Shown here piece after piece: positions 48,318 to 58,578 of a stretch of DNA of 64,000 nt. The stretch covers positions 46,145 through 110,144 of the forward strand of contig CATGLK010000002.1 in assembly GCA_949538735.1 (NCBI GenBank), written 5' to 3'. A program made the translations under genes and the position numbers. The notes beneath the pieces are model-generated. The model saw nothing but the letters and a program-made list of their open reading frames with translations. It had not been told where the DNA came from and did no database searches. Every line of letters begins with the position of its first letter. Within the stretch, counting starts at the first letter, position 1. This DNA is from an uncultured Clostridia bacterium. GTDB lineage: Bacteria > Bacillota > Clostridia > TANB77 > CAG-508.

Positions 48318-49014
48318 AATTTTTAATCACCTCCAATAAATCAGACTTATATTTAGGACCAATATCACAAAAACTATCATCCTTAAAAGTAACAGTTCCA
48401 GAAACTGGTTCAATATCTTTAATTTGCAAAACATTAGCAACACAAGACTTATGACATCTTATATAAAAATCAGGAAGTCTATCCTGAAACTTAGCAAAAG
48501 AGCTATAAATATCATAATCACGAGAAGCAGTATGAAAAACAAGTTTCATACCATCCCTCTTAACATATTGCACTTCATTTGCATCAACAACAGTATTCTT
48601 ATTATCAAGCTTAATATATCTTTTAGGAGTCCCATTAACATCCTCAAAAAGTCGACAAATAGTTTCAGCCAACCTATCATAAGTAATAGGCTTAGCCAAA
48701 TAATCAAAAGTCTTAAACTTATAAGCAAGCAAAGCATACTCCAAATGACCAGTAGTAAAGATGATATAAGAATCCTTATTTATTTTTCTAATCGCCCTTG
48801 CTAATTCTAAGCCAGTCTTATCAGAATTCAAATTTATATCCAATATAATAACATCAGCTTTATTAGCAGTAACAAATTTAAGCATATCAGTTGAATTTGT
48901 AGTCTTATAAGAAACACAAGCCTCAAAATTATTTTTTGCAAAGATATCTTCTAACATTTTTTCTAATTTATTCAAAAGATTTAAGTTATCATCACATAAA
49001 GCAAAATTCAACAT
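48301..49014 (-). CDS. agrA: LytTR-family response regulator (AgrA-like), paralog 1
   Basis: Receiver domain (CDDN, IILDINL) plus LytTR DNA-binding domain. Overlaps the agrC start by 17 nt. RBS GGGGTGA. Confidence 0.8.
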   Translation of the reverse strand: MLNFALCDDNLNLLNKLEKMLEDIFAKNNFEACVSYKTTNSTDMLKFVTANKADVIILDINLNSDKTGLELARAIRKINKDSYIIFTTGHLEYALLAYKFKTFDYLAKPITYDRLAETICRLFEDVNGTPKRYIKLDNKNTVVDANEVQYVKRDGMKLVFHTASRDYDIYSSFAKFQDRLPDFYIRCHKSCVANVLQIKDIEPVSGTVTFKDDSFCDIGPKYKSDLLEVIKNYGNFE

Positions 49015-49398
49015 ATAATTTTCACCCCTTTAAAATACTATAAAAAAACAGGAAGTAAGATAATTCGACAAAAATAAAAAAATTACCTTATTTTTCCAGT
49101 CAATACAATAATATAATCCAAAATCTGCATATTGTCAATACTTATTTACAAAATTATCCAATTCTTAAAACGAACAGTATTACTGAGGTTTGAGAACTGA
49201 CACTATAAATATTAGCAATAGAGATAACATAAAATTGTAAGAACTCCATTATACATCATAATTTACATAAAATCAAGTAAAACGTAAAATATTTATAAAA
49301 ATTGTTAAGAGTGAAACGTGAAAAATATTTATAAAAATGTGTTGTAAATAAAAAAATAATGACAAATAAAATATTTATCATTATTTATATCATTAAAA

Positions 49399-50115
49399 TT
49401 AAATTAATACTTGTGATGTTTTAGAAAGAGCGCCTAACAAATCAGATTTATATTTTGGTCCAATATCACAAGAGCTACCATCTTTAAAAGTAATAGTACC
49501 AGATACTGGTTCAACATCTACAATTTGTGAAATATTAGCAATACAAGATTTATGACATCTTTTATAAGAATCAGGTAGTCTATCTTGAAACTTGTTAAAA
49601 GAGCTATAAATTTCATAATCACGACCAGCAGTATGGAAAACAAGTTTCATACCATCTCTTTTTATAAAATGCACTTCTGAAGCATCAACAAGAGTATTTT
49701 TGTTATCAAGTTTTATATATCTTTTAGGAGTTCCATTAATATCTTCAAAAAGTCTTAATATAGTTTCTTCTAGTCTATCATATGTAATTGGTTTTGCTAA
49801 ATAGTCGAATGTTTTAAATTTATAAGCGACCATAGCATATTCTAAATGAGCAGTAGTAAATATTATATAAGCATCCTTATTTATTTTCCTAATTGCCTCT
49901 GCTAGTTCTAATCCTGTTTTATTACATTTTAAATTGATGTCTAACATTATTACATCAACCTTATTGTTGCTAACATAGTCAAGCATATCTGTTGTGTCTG
50001 AACACCTGTAAGATACATTAGCTTCAAAATTGTTTTTGATAAAGATGTTGTCTAACATTTTTTCTAATCTGTCTAAAATATTTAAGTTGTCATCACATAT
50101 AGCGAATTTTAGCAT
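49399..50115 (-). CDS. LytTR-family response regulator (AgrA-like), paralog 2
   Basis: About 75% identical to paralog 1. Start set at MLKFAICDD, which has RBS GGGGAG. Upstream promoter regions of the two paralogs are also similar. Confidence 0.8.
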   Translation of the reverse strand: MLKFAICDDNLNILDRLEKMLDNIFIKNNFEANVSYRCSDTTDMLDYVSNNKVDVIMLDINLKCNKTGLELAEAIRKINKDAYIIFTTAHLEYAMVAYKFKTFDYLAKPITYDRLEETILRLFEDINGTPKRYIKLDNKNTLVDASEVHFIKRDGMKLVFHTAGRDYEIYSSFNKFQDRLPDSYKRCHKSCIANISQIVDVEPVSGTITFKDGSSCDIGPKYKSDLLGALSKTSQVLI

Positions 50116-50269
50116 ATAATTTCTCCCCTTTAAAATAATAATTATATAAAAAGACGGAAAGTAAAGGCTTTGATTGAGCAAATTCCTAAATTTTCCAGTC
50201 ATTATAATAATATAAACTAAAATCCGACAAATGTCAAGAGTTATTTACAAAATTATCCAGTTATAAATA

Positions 50270-50494
50270 TTATTTAATATAGCTTAAAACTTGTATATTT
50301 ATAAAATTCAGCATAGCTTGTACATTTGTATAATCAATTTTTATATTTGTGATATTATTTTCTTCTATATAATTTTTAACTGTGTCAGTAATATAGTTAA
50401 AATTGATATATTTTTCATCTTCTTTTTTTAAAGTACCTATTTTAGATTTTATATCTGATTCCATTATTTTGGCGAGTTTTTCAATATTTTTCAT
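50270..50494 (-). CDS. hypothetical protein (74 aa)
   Basis: RBS AAGGAGAG; co-directional with and 18 nt downstream of the 50513-51133 gene. Confidence 0.35.
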   Translation of the reverse strand: MKNIEKLAKIMESDIKSKIGTLKKEDEKYINFNYITDTVKNYIEENNITNIKIDYTNVQAMLNFINIQVLSYIK

Positions 50495-50512
50495 AATTAC
50501 ACTCTCCTTATA

Positions 50513-51133
50513 CTAACGTTCTATTTCATCATAACAGTCATCAGCATCTTTAACATACCCATCTTTTGTAGGATTACCTATATTTCTAATTCCATATCTT
50601 CTTGCTTGAGATTTAAGGTCTTTTTTAAAGCTATTTGTTTCAATATTTTTTCCAACATCTTCTCTCAATTGTTCTAATCCAGTTTCTTTAACTTCTTCAG
50701 GAGTTAAACTAGCCATAATTGAAGATGTTTCAAAAAATAATTTACCTAAATTTTGACGCTGTTCAGAAGATAAATCGCTTATAAGTTTGATGTTTTCTAA
50801 ATAACTAATTCCATTCAATTCAGCAAAATAAGCACCGTTACCATTTAATGATTTGATATTTCTGTTTAATCCCATTGTTAATCTGATTCCTTCATCATGT
50901 TTAGTAGATCTTTTTTTATTTAATTCTTCCATTTCTGCACGGGTAGAGGGAGTACTATTTCCCATAAATGCTTTTGAACAAGCAGTGTGTTGCACAACAG
51001 CCATAGTATATTCAGCACAAGCATCAATCCACTTTAAAAAATCTTTTTTTGCCATAGTATTATCGTAATCATTAAAAGAAGAAATTAAATCTTTTATATC
51101 TTGTTTAAAATAATCGTATTTTTTGGTTCCCAT
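50513..51133 (-). CDS. hypothetical protein
   Basis: 206 aa from MGTKKYDY... (RBS AGAGGTGA). No recognisable motif. Confidence 0.4.
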   Translation of the reverse strand: MGTKKYDYFKQDIKDLISSFNDYDNTMAKKDFLKWIDACAEYTMAVVQHTACSKAFMGNSTPSTRAEMEELNKKRSTKHDEGIRLTMGLNRNIKSLNGNGAYFAELNGISYLENIKLISDLSSEQRQNLGKLFFETSSIMASLTPEEVKETGLEQLREDVGKNIETNSFKKDLKSQARRYGIRNIGNPTKDGYVKDADDCYDEIER

Positions 51134-51222
51134 AAAAATCACCTCTATAAATATTATACCATATTTTACAATTAAAGTAAAATGTGATATAATATTTATA
51201 GAGCCTAGAAGGAGGAAAGTTC

Positions 51223-51432
51223 ATGGACAAAAAAAAATTAGGACAACTGCTGGAAATGTATGAACATTTGATCAAGGAGAAAACTCATATTGAGATTACT
51301 CCATACTCTAATTCCGAGCTTCGGGAAAAGGTAGAAGCATATTTGGGAAGAAAAGTTGATTTTACTAGAGAGCAGATGGTCGAATTCGTTTGCGATGAAG
51401 TAAACAAATATCTACCAAATTATACTTCGTAA
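51223..51432 (+). CDS. hypothetical small protein
   Basis: 69 aa; RBS GGAGGAAAG; followed by a terminator. Confidence 0.4.
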   Translation: MDKKKLGQLLEMYEHLIKEKTHIEITPYSNSELREKVEAYLGRKVDFTREQMVEFVCDEVNKYLPNYTS

Positions 51433-51460
51433 AGAACCAAAATTTTTTGGTTCTTTTTTT
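51431..51460 (+). terminator. rho-independent terminator
   Basis: AAAGAACCAAAATTTTTTGGTTCTTTTTTT. Confidence 0.8.
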
Positions 51461-51552
51461 GTATATATTCACTTTTGTCTAAATATAATTAAAAAAAGAC
51501 AAATAATATACACAAATAGAAATTAATTCTAATTTGTGCCTTTAAGGGAGGA

Positions 51553-52368
51553 ATGAGACTAAAAATGAAAAAAATAAAAATAGGAACAATATTTCTATTA
51601 GTAATAGGAATATTCTCATTATCAGTAATATCAATGCAAAAAGACAAAAACACAATAAGCACAAGTAGCGAGCAATTAAGCAACAAAAAAATAGGGTGGG
51701 GAATAAAAAGAAACGACAACCACGACCAGCCAGACGTAGGAGCGGACCGAAAAAAAGTATTAGAAGCAAACAACGGAATATGTTTAGGAAACAAAGACAA
51801 AAAATACATTTATTTAACATTTGACGAAGGATATGAAGCAGGCTATACACCTAAAATATTAGAAACACTAAAAGCAAATGATGTAAAAGCAACCTTTTTC
51901 CTAACAGCACACTTTATCAATACACAAGAAGGACTAGTAAAACAAATGATAGAAGAAGGGCATATAATTGGAAATCACACAGTAAACCACAAAAGTATGC
52001 CAGACTTAAATGAAGAACAAATCAACTCAGAAGTAATGAAACTACACCAAACAATACAAGAAAAATTCGGATATGAAATGAAATACATAAGACCACCAAA
52101 AGGAGAATTCAGTGAAAAAACGTTAAGTGTAACAAGTTCACTAGGTTATAAAACAGTAATGTGGTCATTTGCATATGAAGACTGGAATGAAGACAAACAG
52201 CCAGATGAAGAAAAATCAAAAAAGAAAATATTAGACAATTTGCATAATGGAGAAATAATGCTATTACACGGAAACTCAAAAACAAATACAAATGTGTTAG
52301 ATAGTGTAATAAAAGAAGCAAAAAATATGGGATATGAATTTAAATCATTAGACGAATTTGAAAAATAA
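51553..52368 (+). CDS. polysaccharide deacetylase (NodB-homology; PdaA-like)
   Basis: Signal/TM N-terminus; TFDEGY...VKATFF...GNHTVNH NodB-domain motifs. Confidence 0.7.
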   Translation: MRLKMKKIKIGTIFLLVIGIFSLSVISMQKDKNTISTSSEQLSNKKIGWGIKRNDNHDQPDVGADRKKVLEANNGICLGNKDKKYIYLTFDEGYEAGYTPKILETLKANDVKATFFLTAHFINTQEGLVKQMIEEGHIIGNHTVNHKSMPDLNEEQINSEVMKLHQTIQEKFGYEMKYIRPPKGEFSEKTLSVTSSLGYKTVMWSFAYEDWNEDKQPDEEKSKKKILDNLHNGEIMLLHGNSKTNTNVLDSVIKEAKNMGYEFKSLDEFEK

Positions 52369-52388
52369 GGAGAATCATTCGCTCTGAC

Positions 52389-52700
52389 TTGTGCTTTGAG
52401 AAAGGAATGAGATTAAAAATGAGAAAAAATAACAATAGATTAGATAGATTATTAGAATTGCCAAAAGAAGTATATTCTAATGTACCAAAAGTAATAATTA
52501 CAGGATTTGACGAATTAATAGTAGAAAACTTTAAAGGAATATTAGAATATGAAGAATATTATGTAAGAATAAACACACACATAGGAATAATAAATGTAAA
52601 TGGATATGGTTTAGACCTAGAAAATATGACAAATGATGATATAAAAGTTAAAGGAAAAATAGAAAGCATTGATATAGAAAGAACAATAGACGAAAGTTAA
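52389..52700 (+). CDS. yqfC: YabP/YqfC-family sporulation protein
   Basis: LELPKEVYSNVPKVIITGFDELIVENFKGILEYEEYYVRINT matches the YabP/YqfC family. Precedes yqfD as in Bacillus. Confidence 0.65.
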   Translation: MCFEKGMRLKMRKNNNRLDRLLELPKEVYSNVPKVIITGFDELIVENFKGILEYEEYYVRINTHIGIINVNGYGLDLENMTNDDIKVKGKIESIDIERTIDES

Positions 52701-52711
52701 AGGAGAAAACA

Positions 52712-53896
52712 ATGTTTATAAAGATATTATTAAGCTATTTGCTTGGATATTTAAGAATATCAGTAGAAGGATATTATATAGAAAGATTTATCAACATATG
52801 TAAAACAAAGAAAATAACAATATGGAATTTAAAAAGAAGTAAAGACATACAGCTATATTTAAATGTAAGAATTGGAGAATTTAAGGAAATATGTAAAATT
52901 GCAAGAAAAACACAATGCAAAGTAAAAATACAAAGCAAAAAAGGATTTCCATTTTTATTAAATAAATATAAAAAAAGAAAAATCTTTTTGATATTATTAT
53001 TTTTTATGATAGTCCTAATTGGGTTATCATCTAACTTTGTATGGAATGTGGATATTGTAGAAGAAAATAATAACGAAATGGAAAATATAGTACAAGATAT
53101 TGAAAATGCAGGCTTAAAAACAGGAACACTAAAAAACAAAATAAACACAAAAGAGATAATAAACAAAATAAGGCTTCAAAGAAAAGATATTGCATGGATG
53201 GGAATAGAGCTAAAAGGAACAAATGCAATTGTAAAATTAGTAAAAGCAGAAGAAAAGCCAGATATTATTGACGAAAATGAATATTGCAGTATTGTATCAG
53301 ACAAAACAGGAATTATTACAAAAATAAATGCACAAAGTGGAACTGCAAATGTAAAAGTTGGAGATACAATAAAGGCAGGAGACACATTAATAAATGGTTG
53401 GATGGAAGGAAAATTTACAGGTGTTAGATATGTACACGCAAAAGGCGAAATAGAAGCAAAAATATGGCACACAAAGAGTAAAAAAATTCCGTATAACACC
53501 ACGGAAAAAAGAGATACAGGGCAAGTTGAGAACAAGTATGCAATAAAAATAAATAATTTTGTAATAAATTTGTCAAAAAAGCTTTCAAAATTTGAAATTT
53601 ATGATACAATGGACACAGAAAATAAATTTAAGATATTTTCAGATTTTTATTTACCAATTTCGATAATAAAAACAACAAATAAAGAACAAGAAGAAATAGC
53701 AAAATCTTATAATTTAGAAGAAGCTAAAAACATAGGGATAGAAGAACTTCAAAAAGAATTAGATGAAGAGATTGAAAATAAAGAGAAAATAGTAAACAAA
53801 AACATAAACACATACGAAAAGGAAGACGGCATAGAAGTTTTTGTTACATATGAAGTGCTAGAAAACGTAGGGACAAATGAAAAAATCATATTTTGA
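52712..53896 (+). CDS. yqfD: sporulation protein YqfD
   Basis: 394 aa. N-terminal region, a central TM helix, and a C-terminal conserved region; gene order yqfC-yqfD. Confidence 0.65.
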   Translation: MFIKILLSYLLGYLRISVEGYYIERFINICKTKKITIWNLKRSKDIQLYLNVRIGEFKEICKIARKTQCKVKIQSKKGFPFLLNKYKKRKIFLILLFFMIVLIGLSSNFVWNVDIVEENNNEMENIVQDIENAGLKTGTLKNKINTKEIINKIRLQRKDIAWMGIELKGTNAIVKLVKAEEKPDIIDENEYCSIVSDKTGIITKINAQSGTANVKVGDTIKAGDTLINGWMEGKFTGVRYVHAKGEIEAKIWHTKSKKIPYNTTEKRDTGQVENKYAIKINNFVINLSKKLSKFEIYDTMDTENKFKIFSDFYLPISIIKTTNKEQEEIAKSYNLEEAKNIGIEELQKELDEEIENKEKIVNKNINTYEKEDGIEVFVTYEVLENVGTNEKIIF

Positions 53897-53909
53897 AGGG
53901 ATGATATAA

Positions 53910-55121
53910 ATGGAAGAAAGAAGCCTTAGAATAACAGGAGCAGACGGAACATTTTTTAATAAAATAACAAAAACCTTAACAAAAATATTAATACCAACAA
54001 AAATAGGAATTAACGGAATGTTAATTTCAATAAAAAGAAATAACGTAATAAAAGCATTTGAAAACTTTAAAAACGAAGACACAAATTATGATAGAGACGT
54101 GCTAGAGAAAAAATATGATACTGCATATGAAGCTTATTTAGATGCATTAGATAAATATGTAATGGACTCAATATATAAAAAAGTAAGAAACGGGACAGCA
54201 TCAGAATTCGAAAAAAATGCAATGTCAAAATATTATGAAGTAACAAGCTTAAAAGAAAATGAATTTATAGAATACAAAAACAGAAAACAAAAATACCTAA
54301 TAGATTTAGACTATGAAGGAATAAAAGAAGGAACAAAAGAAAAATTAAAAGAAAAATACAATCAATTTTATATTTCAAAAATGGATTCATTATATAAAGC
54401 AATCTTAAAAAACTACTCAATAAAAGTAGCAGATACAACAAATGCATATGACTCTACAAAAGAATGGATATACACAAAAATTTTCTATACATTAGAAGAT
54501 TATATAAAAAATATATTATCACTAAAAATAGAAATAGGCTATGGTGACAACTTAAAAGAAGTAATGGCAGAGTATGAAAAATTTGAAACATATTGTGTTG
54601 GTAAATTAGACACAAAAGATAATATCGAAAAAAATATGATATTACTAGGAATAAGCAGAAAATTATTCACACACAGTTTACCATTAATAGTTGCAGAACA
54701 ATGTTATGAAAAACTATTAAAAGATGCTAGAAATCTAGTACAAGATACTAAGATTGCAGCAAAAAGAGAAAAAACATATTCAATGTTAATAAATTTAATA
54801 GAAGATTACAACATAAAATTATTATCAACAAAAGTATATTGGGAATCACCAAAACAAAGAGAAGAATACAAAAAATTCTGGAACAAATATAAAGAAATTT
54901 CAAAATTAAAAGAAAAAGATTTTATAGAATATATAAAACAAAAAGAAATATTATTTATAAAAGATGACTTAAAAAAATTAGACAAAGGGAAAATTGATTA
55001 TAGCAAACTTGAAAAATACTATAAGAGAAAATTAGTAGATTATGGAGCTATAAGAGAAATAAGAAATTCATATAAATCAGAAGGAAAATATATAAAACAA
55101 CTAGAAAGTGTAGAATTATAA
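53910..55121 (+). CDS. hypothetical Lys/Glu-rich protein (occupies the position where phoH usually sits between yqfD and ybeY)
   Basis: 403 aa, predicted helical/coiled-coil, no Walker A. Confidence 0.4.
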   Translation: MEERSLRITGADGTFFNKITKTLTKILIPTKIGINGMLISIKRNNVIKAFENFKNEDTNYDRDVLEKKYDTAYEAYLDALDKYVMDSIYKKVRNGTASEFEKNAMSKYYEVTSLKENEFIEYKNRKQKYLIDLDYEGIKEGTKEKLKEKYNQFYISKMDSLYKAILKNYSIKVADTTNAYDSTKEWIYTKIFYTLEDYIKNILSLKIEIGYGDNLKEVMAEYEKFETYCVGKLDTKDNIEKNMILLGISRKLFTHSLPLIVAEQCYEKLLKDARNLVQDTKIAAKREKTYSMLINLIEDYNIKLLSTKVYWESPKQREEYKKFWNKYKEISKLKEKDFIEYIKQKEILFIKDDLKKLDKGKIDYSKLEKYYKRKLVDYGAIREIRNSYKSEGKYIKQLESVEL

Positions 55122-55139
55122 AAGTAAAGGGAAGAAAGA

Positions 55140-55613
55140 ATGTTTGAAATAATTTATAAAGAAATAGAAGAAAAAGAAGAATATGAAAAAATAATAAAAA
55201 GAGTTTTAGAACAATGTTTCAAAGAAGAAAAACTACTAAATTCAAAGTTATATATAACAATAACATTAACAAACCCAGAAAATATAAAAGAAATAAATAA
55301 ACAATATAGGAACATAGAAAGAGCAACTGATGTTCTTTCATTTCCTATGTTCGAAAAAGACGAGCTAGAACAAAAAATACAAAATGAAGATTTTGAATAT
55401 CCGGATGTACTAGGAGATATCATAATATCAATAGAAAAAGTAGAAGAACAAGCAAAAGAGTATGAGCATAGTTTTGAAAGAGAGTTAAGCTATATGATAG
55501 TACACGGATTTTATCACTTAATGGGATATGACCACATAGAAGAAGAAGACAAAAAGAAAATGAGACCAAAAGAAGAGAAAATTTTAAACGACTTGAAGAT
55601 AAAAAGAGATTAA
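55140..55613 (+). CDS. ybeY: rRNA maturation endoribonuclease YbeY
   Basis: HGFYHLMGYDH zinc-binding motif. Confidence 0.85.
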   Translation: MFEIIYKEIEEKEEYEKIIKRVLEQCFKEEKLLNSKLYITITLTNPENIKEINKQYRNIERATDVLSFPMFEKDELEQKIQNEDFEYPDVLGDIIISIEKVEEQAKEYEHSFERELSYMIVHGFYHLMGYDHIEEEDKKKMRPKEEKILNDLKIKRD

Positions 55614-55685
55614 AATAAGCTAATCTATAAGCGAGCATATATAAGATAAGACAAAAATATAGAAAAGCAAGTTAGGAGAGAATTT

Positions 55686-56756
55686 ATGAGAACAAGTGAA
55701 AAAGGTGGAACAAAAGCATTAGTTATAATATTAGTAATACTAATAATTGCAGCAGGTGGAGTGCTTGCATACAAAATAGTAAAAGATAAAGATAATAAAG
55801 AAGTAGCAACAGAAGAACAAAAAGATGTACTAGTCACAACAATAGAAGAAAAAGAAGTGCAAATATTTAAAGGTGATGACAGACCAATAGCAGTAATGAT
55901 TGACAACCATAAAGACGCTTGGCCACAAGGTGGAATACAAAAAGCATATATGGTATATGAAATAATAGCAGAAGGTGGAGAAACAAGACTAATGGCACTA
56001 TTCAAAGGACAAGAAATAGACGAAATTGGACCAGTAAGAAGTGCTAGACATTACTTTATAGACTATGTAATGGAAAATGACGCAATATACACACACTTTG
56101 GACAAAGTCCACAAGCTCAAAGTGACTTAAAAAAATTTAGTATAGACGATATAAATGGAATAGCAGAAGATGGAACAACATTCTGGAGAACAAAATCAAA
56201 AGCAGCTCCACACAATGCAATGACAAGTACAGAAAAACTATTGCAATCAGCTAAAAACAAAAAATACAAAACAACATCAAAAGAAAAAAGTGTGTTAAAC
56301 TATGTAACAGACGAAGTAAACTTGGAAAATGGCCAAGGAGCAGTTAGTGTAACAATACCACACTCTAACTTACAAACTGTAGAATACAAATATGACGCAG
56401 AAAATAAAGTATATGAAAGATATGCAAGAAATAAAAAACAAACAGACTTAAACACAAAAGAAGGAATAACAGTAAAAAATATAATTATAACATTCTGCGA
56501 AAATTACACATTAACAGATAAAGAAAACAAAGGAAGACAAGGTTTAAAAAATATTGGAACATTTGACGGATATTACATAACAAACGGAAAAGCAATTAAA
56601 ATAAAATGTGAAAAAACAGCAAGAGACGAAAAAACAGTATATAAAGACTTAGACGGAAACATAATAGAAGTAAATGATGGAAACACATTTGTAAATATTT
56701 GTGCACCTGATGCAAAAGTAGTTATAGAAGCGCCAGCTGAAGCGGAAGGCGAATAA
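55686..56756 (+). CDS. DUF3048 (YerB-like) membrane-anchored protein
   Basis: N-terminal TM helix; PVRSARHYFIDY motif. Confidence 0.55.
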   Translation: MRTSEKGGTKALVIILVILIIAAGGVLAYKIVKDKDNKEVATEEQKDVLVTTIEEKEVQIFKGDDRPIAVMIDNHKDAWPQGGIQKAYMVYEIIAEGGETRLMALFKGQEIDEIGPVRSARHYFIDYVMENDAIYTHFGQSPQAQSDLKKFSIDDINGIAEDGTTFWRTKSKAAPHNAMTSTEKLLQSAKNKKYKTTSKEKSVLNYVTDEVNLENGQGAVSVTIPHSNLQTVEYKYDAENKVYERYARNKKQTDLNTKEGITVKNIIITFCENYTLTDKENKGRQGLKNIGTFDGYYITNGKAIKIKCEKTARDEKTVYKDLDGNIIEVNDGNTFVNICAPDAKVVIEAPAEAEGE

Positions 56757-56801
56757 TAATAAACATTGTAAAGGTAAGCAAGAAGGAAGAGGGAAAATAA
56801 G

Positions 56802-57134
56802 ATGAATATATATGACACAGCTAACAGATTAGCACAAGAAATAAAACAATCAGAAGAATATATGAATTATAAAATGGCAAAACAAGCATTAAACTTAAAC
56901 ACAAGTTTAAAGGAAAAAATGGTGGACTTTGATAAACTTAGATATGAAGTTCAAATAGAAATGATGCAAACAGGAAAAAATGATGAAGAAAAATATAAAA
57001 AAATGCAAGAACTATATGCAGAACTAATTGAAAATAGTGAGGCAAAAAGTTTCTTTGAAGCAGAAACAAAATTCAATGTAATGATTGCAGATGTAAATAA
57101 AATAATAGGTGAGGCAATTAGAGATGTTATGTAG
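56802..57134 (+). CDS. YlbF/YmcA-family regulator
   Basis: 110-aa helical protein (EYMNYKMAKQALNLNTSLKEKMVDFDK...); family assignment is moderate. Confidence 0.5.
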   Translation: MNIYDTANRLAQEIKQSEEYMNYKMAKQALNLNTSLKEKMVDFDKLRYEVQIEMMQTGKNDEEKYKKMQELYAELIENSEAKSFFEAETKFNVMIADVNKIIGEAIRDVM

Positions 57135-57822
57135 TGAATTTATAATAATTGCAATAATTTCGGTAATATGTATCCTTGTTTTAGGATACATATTTGATTA
57201 TAATATGAAGAAAATTAAACACATAGCAGATGATAAAGAACTAGACGAAGCGGCTAAAAAGTATCAAAACAACATAGAAATGTGTAAATATTATCTTAAA
57301 AAACTGAATAATGAAAAAGTGAAAATAGAAGAAAATACTGAAAGTGAGGCTAGCTTATACATAGCAGTTACTGATAAAATTTCTATTGCAAATATAAGTA
57401 ATACATATACAAGAATTCAAACTATCGCGCATGAGTGTTTACATTCAATTCAAGATAGAAAAATATTGATGTTTAATTTTATATTTTCAAATATATACAT
57501 TTTATATTTTATTGTAATTTGTGCATTGGGATTATTTAAAATGCTACCATATAAGATGATGTTTTTATCAATTTTTTTGATTTTGAGTTTGATTTATTAT
57601 GTGGTTAGAATTTATTTGGAAAATGATGCTATGATTAAGGCTAGATATTTGGCAAAAGATTATATGGAAGATGTTAAGATTTCTGATAAAGATGAGATTG
57701 ATAGATTAGTTAATGGCTTTGATAAGATTAATGAAGTGGGGATTAAGTGTGTTAATTATAGCTTTTTCTTAAATATTATGATTAAAGTTTTTATATTTTC
57801 ATTAATTTGTATTATAAGATAA
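57109..57822 (+). CDS. membrane protein with HExxH motif (putative zinc metallopeptidase-like)
   Basis: IAHECLHSIQD plus several TM helices. The true start may be the internal MKKIKH. Confidence 0.35.
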   Translation: MRQLEMLCSEFIIIAIISVICILVLGYIFDYNMKKIKHIADDKELDEAAKKYQNNIEMCKYYLKKLNNEKVKIEENTESEASLYIAVTDKISIANISNTYTRIQTIAHECLHSIQDRKILMFNFIFSNIYILYFIVICALGLFKMLPYKMMFLSIFLILSLIYYVVRIYLENDAMIKARYLAKDYMEDVKISDKDEIDRLVNGFDKINEVGIKCVNYSFFLNIMIKVFIFSLICIIR

Positions 57823-57867
57823 AAAATTGTTAAACTATATAAATGTGTTTTTAATATACAAAAACAG

Positions 57868-57898
57868 AAAACCGCAATTAATTTTGCGGTTTTTATTT
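57868..57898. terminator. bidirectional terminator
   Basis: AAAACCGCAATTAATTTTGCGGTTTTTATTT. Confidence 0.75.
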
Positions 57899-58441
57899 AT
57901 CTTTTAATAATAAATTCAACATTTCTGGATAAATAGTTTTTGCATTTTTGTTCCAGTTATCAACAATGCGTTTAGCTCTTTCACGAGAGCCTGCAAAAGT
58001 TCTAACTTCAAAAATTGTTTCATTATTTTCTACAATTTTACATTTTATAGTATAATCATTCTCATTTTTTGGAATGAATTCAGCAATAACAGAAGACTCT
58101 TCTTCAATTAAAGCAAATTCTTTTTCAAAAATATTATCTGCTTTTAATTTCATAAGTCCTGGTAATACGTCTTTTGTAAGAATATATGCATTTTTCCCTT
58201 CAGAAGTTATTCTGATAACTTGTTCTTCTTCTTTTGTATATGTTCCTACTAGCTTTGAGTCAATTAAATCTGTTAGTACTTGTTTAAAATAAAAATAGTT
58301 AATATTATTTATAGATGTAATGATTTTAAACAGATCATCTTGTCTTGTATCGTTATCTATTAGATTTAATATGTATAAGATTAAAACCTTATTTTCTGCC
58401 AAAGTAGTAGCATTATTTGAATTTGAACTCATAAATAGCAC
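57893..58441 (-). CDS. hypothetical protein
   Basis: 182-aa ORF with no recognisable motif. Confidence 0.4.
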   Translation of the reverse strand: MLFMSSNSNNATTLAENKVLILYILNLIDNDTRQDDLFKIITSINNINYFYFKQVLTDLIDSKLVGTYTKEEEQVIRITSEGKNAYILTKDVLPGLMKLKADNIFEKEFALIEEESSVIAEFIPKNENDYTIKCKIVENNETIFEVRTFAGSRERAKRIVDNWNKNAKTIYPEMLNLLLKDK

Positions 58442-58578
58442 TCCTTACTTTGCTTTCTTGTTGGAATTATATCACAACTTACAGAAAAAGTAAAATAATT
58501 ATTGAAAAAAACTTTTAAAATTAAATAAAGAGTGATATACTATATCCGAAAAATTTTAACAATTAGGAGTGATGATTT

